Source: a virus (Duplodnaviria > Caudoviricetes). From it: a stretch of DNA of 64,000 bases. How positions within the stretch are numbered: the first letter of the stretch is position 1; every line of letters begins with the position of its first letter. Location: positions 128,001-192,000 of the IMG/VR virus record IMGVR_UViG_3300049141_000098; one strand, 5' to 3'. Below the pieces are notes generated by a model that ran no database searches, had not been told where the DNA came from, and saw only the letters and a list, made by a program, of their open reading frames with translations. The translations under genes and the position numbers were made by a program. Shown piece after piece: positions 15,922-23,848 of this stretch.

Positions 15922-15928
15922 GGGCGTG

Positions 15929-16363
15929 ATGGCAGAAGCCGAACCCTGGTGGATGGTCGGCTGCGACGGCTCGGTTCCTCACTTCTACCAGGCGCGGACA
16001 GGGAGGTCTGCCGTGGCGAAGTTCCGGGCCAACCTGATCGAGATGGAACGGGGCGGCGCGGGCGTCAGCCTCAAGGACGCCCGCTACATCGTCAGGGCAT
16101 TGGAGCCCCAGGTCATCGACGGTCCCCTGACGGCGCAGGAGGCTTACGACGTCGACCTTGGCTGGCTGTGGGCCACCGCCATGTGCGATCAGCATCTCGG
16201 TGCTGAGGTGATCCCCAGCGGTCCGGCCACCCGGGGGCAGGCCGTCGACTGCATCGGGGAGGATCAGGTGATCCGCATGGAACGCTCGGCACGCAAGAGG
16301 TACCGGCTGAACGGATGCGGCCAGGGGAAAGGCGCGGTGTCATCCGATGCGCAGCAAGCTTAA
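15929..16363 (+). CDS. Hypothetical protein
   Basis: ORF with RBS. Confidence 0.6.
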   Translation: MAEAEPWWMVGCDGSVPHFYQARTGRSAVAKFRANLIEMERGGAGVSLKDARYIVRALEPQVIDGPLTAQEAYDVDLGWLWATAMCDQHLGAEVIPSGPATRGQAVDCIGEDQVIRMERSARKRYRLNGCGQGKGAVSSDAQQA

Positions 16364-16559
16364 GCGCTGGATCGAGCGCGATGAGGGCCACAGAGACAAC
16401 CCGTGGCATCACGAGTTGGTGCACTGGCTCTACGGTCCGGCAGCCTGGGGTCGCAAGTGCTACCGGGTCAGGTACCCATGGCTGCATGTGCACCTGATTC
16501 CCGGCCGCTGGTTGGACCGGGCATGCGCGCGAGCGGAAAGGGAGAAGAGGTATGAGTGA
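16347..16559 (+). CDS. Hypothetical basic protein
   Basis: ORF coupled to the next gene. Confidence 0.55.
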   Translation: MRSKLKRWIERDEGHRDNPWHHELVHWLYGPAAWGRKCYRVRYPWLHVHLIPGRWLDRACARAEREKRYE

Positions 16560-17067
16560 AGCGGGTGACGACAGCGCTCTGGAAGAGGCGCTGCTGCGAC
16601 AGTGGCGGCCTGAGAGGGCCGACACGCTCGAAGGAGCGCGAGATCAGATCGAGCAGCTCATGCTTCCGGGGTTGATGCGAGGCGGTCTGAGCGCCGCAGA
16701 GGTGCGCGTCGAGGCCATGAACGTGCTGGCGCGCTTCGAGCGGAAGTCCTCCGAGAGGATCCTCACTGGCATCGTGGAGGGACCGAGGGAGGCCTGTCGC
16801 AGCACCCAGCACTGCGCCTATCACGGCTGGTGTCACCGCTGTGACCCCAAATTCGCTGCCTTGATGAACGAGATTAACCACATCATCCAGTCTGCTTCGA
16901 GCGACCATCATGCCTGGGGCCCGCTTTATGAGCAGATCGGCAAGGTGCTGCACGGCAGTGCCGAGGTGATCCTGGCTGTCGAGCTGGCTGAAGCCCGGGA
17001 GACGCAGCAGCGGCTGGAGCGACAGCTTCGCGAAGTCAAGCACCGGATTGAAGGGCTGGAAAAGTAG
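16552..17067 (+). CDS. Hypothetical protein
   Basis: RBS GAAAGGGAGAAGAGG. Confidence 0.7.
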   Translation: MSEAGDDSALEEALLRQWRPERADTLEGARDQIEQLMLPGLMRGGLSAAEVRVEAMNVLARFERKSSERILTGIVEGPREACRSTQHCAYHGWCHRCDPKFAALMNEINHIIQSASSDHHAWGPLYEQIGKVLHGSAEVILAVELAEARETQQRLERQLREVKHRIEGLEK

Positions 17068-17069
17068 AA

Positions 17070-17097
17070 CAGGCCGGGGGTTCCGACCCCCGGCCTG
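17070..17097. terminator. Hairpin between convergent genes
   Basis: CAGGCCGGGGG / CCCCCGGCCTG. Confidence 0.65.
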
Positions 17098-17135
17098 CTG
17101 CTATCTCGTATTAGTGCCGGTCCTTGGGAAGCTGG

Positions 17136-17852
17136 TCACTCACCTGCTCCGGCTTGTTCGGCCTGGCGCACCTGCTCTCGGGTGCTCCCTCCGGGCATGC
17201 GGGCACGCTGGAGTTGATACTCCAGCTCCGGCAGAGCCTTGCGCTTGCGCGCCAGAACCTTCGGCAGGACCGGATGACTGCGCTCCATGCTCACCCATCG
17301 CTCGTACAGGGCGATGCGCGCCTCCAGGATCCGCTTACGTTCTACGGCGGCCCCAACCCGGTCATCGCCGAACGTGCCTGAATCGACCTTGAGTTGCGCA
17401 TCGCGCAGGCGCTGCACCTCTACTGGCACAAAGGCGGGTGTCAGGACGGTGGTGCGCAGGGCGGGCAGGCCGCCCGACTTGTTCTCGATGAGCTGGTCCG
17501 GCTCCGCTTTCGGGTAGTCAGGCTGCCGGTCGAAGCGTGCAGCCCCTGGTCGCCGCACGGCGGAGGCGGGCTGGAAGCCCCCCAGGAAGATGGCCAAGGG
17601 GCGATCGTTGTTCATTCCGCGCACCGAGGCGATCTTCAGGTCGGCCAGGGTCCTGGTGATGTGCTTGGCCTCGACGGCGCCGAGAGCGGTGCCATTGCGG
17701 TCTGGCAACTGGGCAAGGTCGCGAGACGTGACCGGCTGCCTGGTCGCAAACGACCACGCAAGAAGTGCCAGGACGGAAACTTCTTCCTGGTCGAGCTGTC
17801 CGAAGATCCGAGGTGACGGCGGCACACCTGTCCAGCCTTGCTTCCCGTTCAC
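17136..17852 (-). CDS. Possible winged-helix DNA-binding protein
   Basis: RBS GGAAAGGGGAG before GTG 17852; VTSRDLAQL...HITRTLADL pattern; divergent from operator at 18028. Confidence 0.5.
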   Translation of the reverse strand: MNGKQGWTGVPPSPRIFGQLDQEEVSVLALLAWSFATRQPVTSRDLAQLPDRNGTALGAVEAKHITRTLADLKIASVRGMNNDRPLAIFLGGFQPASAVRRPGAARFDRQPDYPKAEPDQLIENKSGGLPALRTTVLTPAFVPVEVQRLRDAQLKVDSGTFGDDRVGAAVERKRILEARIALYERWVSMERSHPVLPKVLARKRKALPELEYQLQRARMPGGSTREQVRQAEQAGAGE

Positions 17853-18027
17853 GCTCTCCCCTTTCCTCGTCCCTGGCGATACAGGGATCAGGGTAAGCAT
17901 CATAACCGCCCTGACCTGGCCTCGTCACGCTCCGTTCCAGGCATGAGAAGTGTCACGAATGAGCTACAGCGAAGTGGCCCATGCCATCAAAACAGCTCTG
18001 GCACAGACGTGTTCATGTCCGATAGAC

Positions 18028-18039
18028 TGGCCTAGGCCG
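18028..18039. promoter_or_regulatory. Palindromic operator-like motif, copy 2
   Basis: TGGCCTAGGCCG in a divergent intergenic region. Confidence 0.65.
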
Positions 18040-18080
18040 AACAGGAAAGGCGGCCGAAGAAACTTCGGAAAGGACAAAGC

Positions 18081-18227
18081 GTGATGCTCGAATTTCGCTC
18101 CGGAACTGAACGAAGCGACGGGGGTGGGGAAAGCTCCGGCGGAGTCCCTGCGGGAAACCGAGGGCAGGGATCCGGCAACAGCGGTAAGTCCGTCAAGGAC
18201 TGGAAGGCGGGACGGGGGCCGCAGTGA
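18081..18227 (+). CDS. 48-aa Gly/Ser-rich micro-ORF
   Basis: RBS GGAAAGGA before GTG; codon usage weak. Confidence 0.35.
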   Translation: MMLEFRSGTERSDGGGESSGGVPAGNRGQGSGNSGKSVKDWKAGRGPQ

Positions 18228-18283
18228 GCAACATGCAGAAGGTCGAGGAGCTGCCCACCATCAAGGCCGTCGCCGCTGACTAA
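18224..18283 (+). CDS. 19-aa micro-ORF MSNMQKVEELPTIKAVAAD
   Basis: GTGA coupling; nearly all codons end in G/C; followed by a terminator. Confidence 0.4.
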   Translation: MSNMQKVEELPTIKAVAAD

Positions 18284-18302
18284 CGGCACATCGCGCAAAG
18301 CG

Positions 18303-18340
18303 AAGAACCCGCCCCTCCGTCAGCAAGGGCGGGTTCTTTT
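18303..18340 (+). terminator. Intrinsic terminator
   Basis: AAGAACCCGCCC / GGGCGGGTTCTT followed by a T run. Confidence 0.8.
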
Positions 18341-18394
18341 GCGCGCTCATGACTACCCTGTGGTCTTGATGGTGATCCAAAAACAGGAGGCCCG

Positions 18395-19240
18395 ATGGCC
18401 AACGGATACGACACCCATTCGCTGGCGGCGACCAATCTGAACGAGGCCGCCTCCAGCTCCGATGTGGCGCCCATGACGGCAGTCCGGGATAAGCGCTTCA
18501 CCCGTACCGGCATCGGCTTTCGCAGTCAGGCCACGGAAGCCGCCATGCGGGACTACCCGGGCGGTGTCGCCAGCCGCAAGCGTGGCCAGGTGGACGAGTC
18601 CAAGCTGCCATGGGAAACCGCCCAGGAGGCCACCTCGCCGCAGATCCGGCCGAGGGATACCCTGCCTCCCTCCGGCATGCGAGAGGCCCTGCCGCCGTGG
18701 CTGAGGGGCAAGGACGAGGAAGAGCAGAAAGAGGCCCTGCCGCCCTGGCTCCAGGACAAGAAGGACGCCGAGAGCAAGGACGACGAGGAACGGGAGTCTG
18801 CCCGCACCGGCGTCCGCGAGAGCTGGTTCGAAGACGATGGCGAAGCCCTCGCTTGCAGCAACGGCTTCCCCGACGAATGGCAGGCACGTAACGCCCTGTC
18901 CACGCTGGCGCAGTTCGTGGACGGGGGCACGCTCAAGGCCATCCAGAACCAGATCAAGCAGACCTATCCCGGCGTAGACCGCGAGGAGGGTGCCAATGCG
19001 TCCGTTCCGACTTACGTGGGCGAAGCGCAGGGGAACCTGGCGGAAGCGCCCCTCGACGCCAAGAAGCGCAACAATCTCGACAGCTCCGATTTCGCACTTC
19101 CAGGCAGGAAGTACCCCATCGACACCCCGGAGCGCGCCCGCTCGGCGCTGGCGAGGGTGAAGCAGTTCGGTTCGCCGGAAGACCAGCGCAAGGTCAAGAC
19201 AGCCGTGCAGAAGAAGTACCCGAACATGAAGACCGACTGA
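18395..19240 (+). CDS. Acidic protein with C-terminal DUF6582-like domain
   Basis: KKRNNLDSSDFALPGRKYPIDTPERARSALARV; two EALPPWL repeats. Confidence 0.7.
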   Translation: MANGYDTHSLAATNLNEAASSSDVAPMTAVRDKRFTRTGIGFRSQATEAAMRDYPGGVASRKRGQVDESKLPWETAQEATSPQIRPRDTLPPSGMREALPPWLRGKDEEEQKEALPPWLQDKKDAESKDDEERESARTGVRESWFEDDGEALACSNGFPDEWQARNALSTLAQFVDGGTLKAIQNQIKQTYPGVDREEGANASVPTYVGEAQGNLAEAPLDAKKRNNLDSSDFALPGRKYPIDTPERARSALARVKQFGSPEDQRKVKTAVQKKYPNMKTD

Positions 19241-19244
19241 CAAA

Positions 19245-19287
19245 GAGACTCCGCCTGGGTGCGAGGTGCAACTCAGGCGGAGTTCTC
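19245..19287 (+). terminator. Hairpin terminator
   Basis: GAGACTCCGCCTGGG / CTCAGGCGGAGTTCTC. Confidence 0.6.
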
Positions 19288-19520
19288 AAGGGTGAGCCCA
19301 GGTCAGGTGAGGCCACCCCTCCGTACACCCATCGTTCCAGTCACGTGACGGCTGGGGCAACGGTTGAGGGTGGGTGTGTTGCGTCGAAGGCGCAGAAAAG
19401 CCAAGGGCCCGCATCCTTGGGCTGGGTGAAGTCGGCCTGGATGCGGGCTTGAGGTGATCGTAGCGAAACAAAGGAGGCTTTCGACACGAATGTAAAGCTT
19501 GTAGGGGGATTCGGGCGGTC

Positions 19521-19817
19521 TTGATTAGGTATGGAGTAACAAGAGAGCAGTATGTCGAGATGTTGCGTCAGCAGGGTGGCGGTTGTGCCATCTGCGGCGG
19601 CATGGACCTTGGCAAGAGATCTGGCTTCAAGCTCAGCGTGGACCACTGTCACGAGACCAACATCATCCGTGGTTTGTTGTGCAGCAACTGCAACTTGGCG
19701 ATTGGGTATTTTCGGGACAGGCCCGATTTATGCCGTGCAGGGGCTGTATATCTTGAACAAGAGCGAGAGGGTGCTCCCTTGATTGCGAACGGCGTAAGAG
19801 TTTCCGGGGCTCACTAA
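19521..19817 (+). CDS. Endonuclease VII-family HNH nuclease, probably N-terminally truncated
   Basis: YGVT...QQGGGCAIC...LSVDHCH...IRGLLCSNCNLAIG; TTG start; lower GC than flanks. Confidence 0.8.
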   Translation: MIRYGVTREQYVEMLRQQGGGCAICGGMDLGKRSGFKLSVDHCHETNIIRGLLCSNCNLAIGYFRDRPDLCRAGAVYLEQEREGAPLIANGVRVSGAH

Positions 19818-19853
19818 TCTTGGTGGAGTGAACTAAGCTCTACCGGTGAAACG

Positions 19854-20174
19854 GTGAACATGAAGCACATGCGACGGTGGGGCGCTGTATACATTCTGAT
19901 CGCCTTGTGGGCCGGATCATGGGCTGCTCAAGCTTGGGCCATGCAGCCGGTGATTGAAAAGCAGGGATGGACTGAGTTCTGGGCAGCAACTTTTGAGAAC
20001 CTTCAGTCGGAGTGGGCTCAGCTCGTCTTCCAGGCAATCCTGTTGCTCGGTGCCAAGCACTGGCTCTTCCAGGCGGATGCCCGCGACCTGGAGCGAGTTG
20101 AGGAGAAGATCGATCGACTACTCGGCAACGAATCCGGCAACAAGGGCGTGCCGGTCAGTCGACCCGTGAAGTGA
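19854..20174 (+). CDS. Membrane protein, DUF6766-like
   Basis: Two hydrophobic segments; FWAATFENLQSEW motif. Confidence 0.65.
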   Translation: MNMKHMRRWGAVYILIALWAGSWAAQAWAMQPVIEKQGWTEFWAATFENLQSEWAQLVFQAILLLGAKHWLFQADARDLERVEEKIDRLLGNESGNKGVPVSRPVK

Positions 20175-20700
20175 ACCGCCGGACGAGGTCGTCAGGAACC
20201 GCGATGAACTTGCAGTTCGCCCAGCGGCAGATGTCCCTGGGGGCCGCGCCGTACTGGATGTAGGAGGCCGTGTCAGCGAAGCGGTCCCGGGCGAACTGCT
20301 CGGCGTCGAAGTCGATTCCGGACTCCTCGTGGCTGACCCTCTCTTGCTCCACGTTCCTGGCCCACTCTTCGTCTGTGCAGGCCCACTCGCGGCGCTCGTG
20401 AACGAGGAGGATGCCGGATGCCTGGACCTGCCAGTCTCGGTCCGTACGGAACGAGGTCGTCAGTTCCATGACCAGGTCGCCGACGCGCGGGTTGTACATC
20501 CGCTCGAAAGCGGCATCCCGGTCAGCGAACCGGGCGTGCAGGATGTCGTCGTACCGCTCCCGGGTCAGGGAGATCAACTCCAGCCTGCGGTCGACCGAGG
20601 CATCGTCCAGGGTCAGCAGATGCCCTTCGTCCAGGTCTCGGCCCTGAACTCCTTCATGGGGCTGGAGGTACTGTGTGGAAGACGTCATTCTTGTCACCAT
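20155..20700 (-). CDS. Hypothetical protein
   Basis: RBS before ATG 20700; convergent with the + gene block. Confidence 0.65.
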   Translation of the reverse strand: MVTRMTSSTQYLQPHEGVQGRDLDEGHLLTLDDASVDRRLELISLTRERYDDILHARFADRDAAFERMYNPRVGDLVMELTTSFRTDRDWQVQASGILLVHERREWACTDEEWARNVEQERVSHEESGIDFDAEQFARDRFADTASYIQYGAAPRDICRWANCKFIAVPDDLVRRFTSRVD

Positions 20701-20744
20701 TCCTCTCCGTTTCCTGGGATGAATTCTACCCGGAAAGGTGACAG

Positions 20745-20918
20745 TCAGAGCTTCCACATGCGAGTTCGGTGCCGCGTGGCAACGAACGAGGTCGGGGACG
20801 GCTTGATGTGATCAGGCCACCAGTTTTTCGGTTCGAATCGGGTAGCCCGGCCCGTTGTTCCGCCGTGGAAAGCCTGGGCATCTGCGGTGCAAGCCTGAGT
20901 TTCAGGAGTGCTGGCCAT
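20745..20918 (-). CDS. Hypothetical protein
   Basis: RBS GAGGAGGGG before ATG 20918. Confidence 0.4.
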   Translation of the reverse strand: MASTPETQACTADAQAFHGGTTGRATRFEPKNWWPDHIKPSPTSFVATRHRTRMWKL

Positions 20919-21120
20919 CGTGCCCCTCCTCGGTGCGCTTCCAGGGGTAATCGTTCTCCGCCGCCCATTCGGCCAGCTCCGCACTGTCGCCACCCCAGTG
21001 GGCCCCCAGGATGCGGAGAGGGGCTACCTTCTCGCCGGGCATGAGCTGATTGTAGATGTCCGGCTGAGAGCTTCGGCATGTATGAACGAGGCCGCCGGGG
21101 CGGAACGTCGTATCGCTCAT
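20902..21120 (-). CDS. Hypothetical protein
   Basis: ATGA overlap with upstream micro-gene. Confidence 0.55.
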   Translation of the reverse strand: MSDTTFRPGGLVHTCRSSQPDIYNQLMPGEKVAPLRILGAHWGGDSAELAEWAAENDYPWKRTEEGHDGQHS

Positions 21121-21263
21121 TCGCCAAACTCCTTTGCCCATTCGATGAACTGATACAGCTCATACAGCATGACAGCCCCCTGTATGCAGAGGAACAGAGC
21201 GACAGACATCAAGGTGGTGGCCAGCGCGCCAAGAAGAATGCGCAGTGGCGACGGCGTAGGCAT
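21117..21263 (-). CDS. 48-aa membrane peptide (absent from ORF track)
   Basis: MPTPSPLRILLGALATTLMSVALFLCIQGAVMLYELYQFIEWAKEFGE; ATGA-coupled to the next gene. Confidence 0.55.
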   Translation of the reverse strand: MPTPSPLRILLGALATTLMSVALFLCIQGAVMLYELYQFIEWAKEFGE

Positions 21264-21589
21264 CGGCGGTCCCGCGAGAAAAGAGAGGGTGAATGATCAA
21301 CGCCATGTTACTGCGAGTCCGGCCTTGAAAAGACTCTGGCAGCAGCACCGGAAGGAGTGCCCGCGCGGAGTAAAAATGAGCGCCGAGGCCGAGGTGACCT
21401 GCCGCCAGAAGGTGCCAACCGTGAGCCGTCGCCTCGATGCTGGTGTCGGTGGCGGTATCGACGAGCGTGTTGGCGGCAGGCCTCAGGGGAGCGAACGGCG
21501 TCGAGGCCCACTGCCTGCCCGAAGGTGCAGCCACGCCGACGGTCAGGGTAGTTGTGAAGATTGCAGTGGAGCAGGTTCTGCCGTTGTCA

Positions 21590-21660
21590 TATGCATGATT
21601 TCCCACTCATAGTGCACATAAAATAGAGCTAGAACCAAACCGAAAAAGGAAAGGAGTGGG
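21590..21660. promoter_or_regulatory. AT-rich divergent promoter region
   Basis: CATAGTGCACATAAAATAGAGCTAGAA between oppositely oriented genes. Confidence 0.45.
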
Positions 21661-21662
21661 GC

Positions 21663-21956
21663 GTGACGATGAGTATGGCGACTGGGGTCTTGGCGAAGGG
21701 TGCGATGGAGGCGGCACTTTCGTTCGCCGAGTTGAGCTGGAACGACCTCAAGCGCGGACCGCACCCCGACGACGGACACGACTGCCTCTACGTGGAGGCC
21801 GACATACAGCAGTACAGCCAGTTCTTGACGGCCCTCGCCGTTCAGTACAGGACGGCCGACCGGCTGCTCTTCATGACTGACCAGGTGCGGCTCCAGCATG
21901 ACGACCAGGGAGACACCAGGTTCTGGCTGCCCGGGGTGGAGGTCACTGGCCGGTGA
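21663..21956 (+). CDS. Hypothetical protein, lone + strand gene in the - block
   Basis: RBS GGAAAGGAG; own terminator at 21963-21990. Confidence 0.7.
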   Translation: MTMSMATGVLAKGAMEAALSFAELSWNDLKRGPHPDDGHDCLYVEADIQQYSQFLTALAVQYRTADRLLFMTDQVRLQHDDQGDTRFWLPGVEVTGR

Positions 21957-21962
21957 ACGAAC

Positions 21963-21990
21963 GAAGGGGGCATCACCGGGTGCCCCCTTC
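21963..21990 (+). terminator. Hairpin terminator
   Basis: GAAGGGGGCA / TGCCCCCTTC. Confidence 0.6.
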
Positions 21991-22000
21991 TCGGTGCCGC

Positions 22001-22198
22001 CTACGCCTGGCGGGCGTCGCCTTCCGGGCAATCCTCATCGGCGGCTCGCAAGTCGGCCAGAAGGTCCTCCCCCAGGGTGCGGGCGTCCGCGATGGCCAGT
22101 TCCACGTCAGTGATCATCAAGACCAGCTCCTCTGGAGTCCTGCCCCGGAGGCGCCTCATGATCTCCGCAAATCCCGTCGCCTTCTCTTCGTCACTCAT
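22001..22198 (-). CDS. Hypothetical protein
   Basis: ATG 22198; high GC3. Confidence 0.55.
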   Translation of the reverse strand: MSDEEKATGFAEIMRRLRGRTPEELVLMITDVELAIADARTLGEDLLADLRAADEDCPEGDARQA

Positions 22199-22273
22199 GC
22201 GAGGAGGCTCCGAGCGTCCTTGCGGGAGACCTGTTTCGTTACCCAGCACAGTCCACCCCCCGGGGCCCCTGCG

Positions 22274-22795
22274 TCATTCCCCCCGCTTCCTGCGCTTGCG
22301 GCTGCCTGGCGCGTTGACCGTCTCTTCCCAGCCGTCGGGCACATTTGGCTGCACGCCGATCAGGAGCACCCAACCACCCCGCTCCACACCCTCCTCCTGG
22401 AGGATGTCGTCCAGCTTGCCGACAGGTTCCCCTTCTTCGCCGATGACCGTGCCGTCCTGATCGAAGCCGACCACCTCGACGGAGCTTTCACCTCCGCCGG
22501 GCTTAGTGCGAAAGACCACGTCAGGGGCGTAGTCCCAGACGGCGAAGAACTCGTTCGGTGACCACTCCCCACGGCCTCCCGAGTTGACCCGGAAGGCCGC
22601 GTTCTTCACGGAGTCCATGCGGTTCTTCGGGAAGGCCGCATCCGCAACGAGCATCGTGGGGTTGGCGACCAGGGCCGCTTCCTTCGTCGTGTATGACGAA
22701 GGTCCCTTCGGAGGCTTCCTCAGGTACACACCACGAATGCGAGCCACTGGGCCAACTCCTTCGGAGACGGAAACGATGCAGGATGCTACCCGCAC
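22274..22795 (-). CDS. Hypothetical protein (start uncertain)
   Basis: ORF with high GC3 in its 3' two-thirds. Confidence 0.55.
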   Translation of the reverse strand: MRVASCIVSVSEGVGPVARIRGVYLRKPPKGPSSYTTKEAALVANPTMLVADAAFPKNRMDSVKNAAFRVNSGGRGEWSPNEFFAVWDYAPDVVFRTKPGGGESSVEVVGFDQDGTVIGEEGEPVGKLDDILQEEGVERGGWVLLIGVQPNVPDGWEETVNAPGSRKRRKRGE

Positions 22796-22816
22796 TGAGC
22801 AGCGCCTGCACCTACC

Positions 22817-23107
22817 CTAGGCTGCCAGGAGATCACCCGAAAATTCAGGGAGGAACAGGGGCAGCTTCAAGAACGGAAGCGACCGGAAGTCCCCAGAGGG
22901 ATTGGCTGGACGCAGGGTGTCTCCCGTGGGGTACATGAAGCCTTCGGCAGCATCCCAGGCCTCGTCCTCCGTGGTGAACAGGACCCCACCCAGTCTCTCT
23001 ATCGCAGCGGCCGTCACCGGGCCGACGGGGTAAGGCTCAAGCCCCCGGATGAAGAGCGGGAAGTCCCGCGCAGTCCAGAGGTTGTGACGAACCAGGGTGT
23101 AGGTCAT
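22817..23107 (-). CDS. Hypothetical protein
   Basis: RBS GGAAAGGGGA before ATG 23107. Confidence 0.7.
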   Translation of the reverse strand: MTYTLVRHNLWTARDFPLFIRGLEPYPVGPVTAAAIERLGGVLFTTEDEAWDAAEGFMYPTGDTLRPANPSGDFRSLPFLKLPLFLPEFSGDLLAA

Positions 23108-23135
23108 CGCTGTTCCCCTTTCCGGAGGTGCTCGA

Positions 23136-23348
23136 TCAGACCGTGATGGTCTCGATGCTGCGCACCGGCCCCTCGGCCGGTGGGATGTCGTCGCAGTCGA
23201 TGCGGTACCAGAGCTGGCGCCTGAGATCATCCAGGGCTTCTTCTCTGGTGTCTCCGCTGCCGGTGAGCCCCGTCCGGGGCTCCTTTGCGATCACGCCGTG
23301 TCGTCCGTAGTCGAGAACATCGACAGTGAACTCCACCGTATTCTCCAT
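23136..23348 (-). CDS. HicB-like antitoxin domain, no HicA neighbour
   Basis: GVIAKEPRTGLTGSGDTREEALDDLRR matches the HicB G-x-T-x-EEA motif. Confidence 0.6.
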   Translation of the reverse strand: MENTVEFTVDVLDYGRHGVIAKEPRTGLTGSGDTREEALDDLRRQLWYRIDCDDIPPAEGPVRSIETITV

Positions 23349-23374
23349 CTCTTAGGGGGTTACGGTAGCACGAA

Positions 23375-23399
23375 AAAGGACCCCCATCGGGGGTCCTTT
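23375..23399 (-). terminator. Intrinsic terminator
   Basis: AAAGGACCCC / GGGGTCCTTT. Confidence 0.65.
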
Positions 23400-23434
23400 C
23401 CGTGTTAAATCTGCGCCTGAAAACGGTTAGCCGG

Positions 23435-23848
23435 TCAGCTTCCCTGCTCCAGGAACTTCAGCTCGTCCAGAGCGCGCCTGTGCTGCTTCCTGTAGCGCGT
23501 CTCGTCTCGCTCGGCCTTGGCCGCCGCCTCCAGGTGCTTCTCTTTCCGCTCCTTCGCGTCCGCTTCGGCCGCGACGAGGCGGGCGATCTCCGCCCGCTTG
23601 ATCTCAGCTTCGGAGCGAGTGCCGGAGTTCTCCTGGATCCACTTGATGAAGTCGTCCAGCTCGGTGGCGACGAAGTACTTCGTCTTGCCGAACTTCTTCG
23701 CGACCTCAGGGATGCGGTTGGCGTATCTCGTGAAGTGCGAAGAGAGAGACTGGGCGGTGATCGCGGTTCTCTTCTCGAAGTCCGCGCGCGTTTCCAGCTC
23801 GTCCTCGCGACCTCTGAACTCTGGGCGCAGCCACTCAACCCCAGCCAT
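23435..23848 (-). CDS. Xis/MerR-like HTH protein with coiled-coil tail
   Basis: TRADFEKRTAITAQSLSSHF...TKYFVATELDDFI; TGATG-coupled to the ParB-like gene. Confidence 0.55.
   Translation of the reverse strand: MAGVEWLRPEFRGREDELETRADFEKRTAITAQSLSSHFTRYANRIPEVAKKFGKTKYFVATELDDFIKWIQENSGTRSEAEIKRAEIARLVAAEADAKERKEKHLEAAAKAERDETRYRKQHRRALDELKFLEQGS

Noticed and set aside
18081-18283. tmRNA tag or RiPP precursor
   Set aside because: No tRNA-like ends, peptide ends AAD rather than AA, and no modifying enzymes nearby.
21160-21606. 148-aa - strand ORF (and overlapping 147-aa + ORF)
   Set aside because: Poor codon bias and no clear RBS; the smaller coupled membrane peptide at 21117-21263 explains part of the region better.
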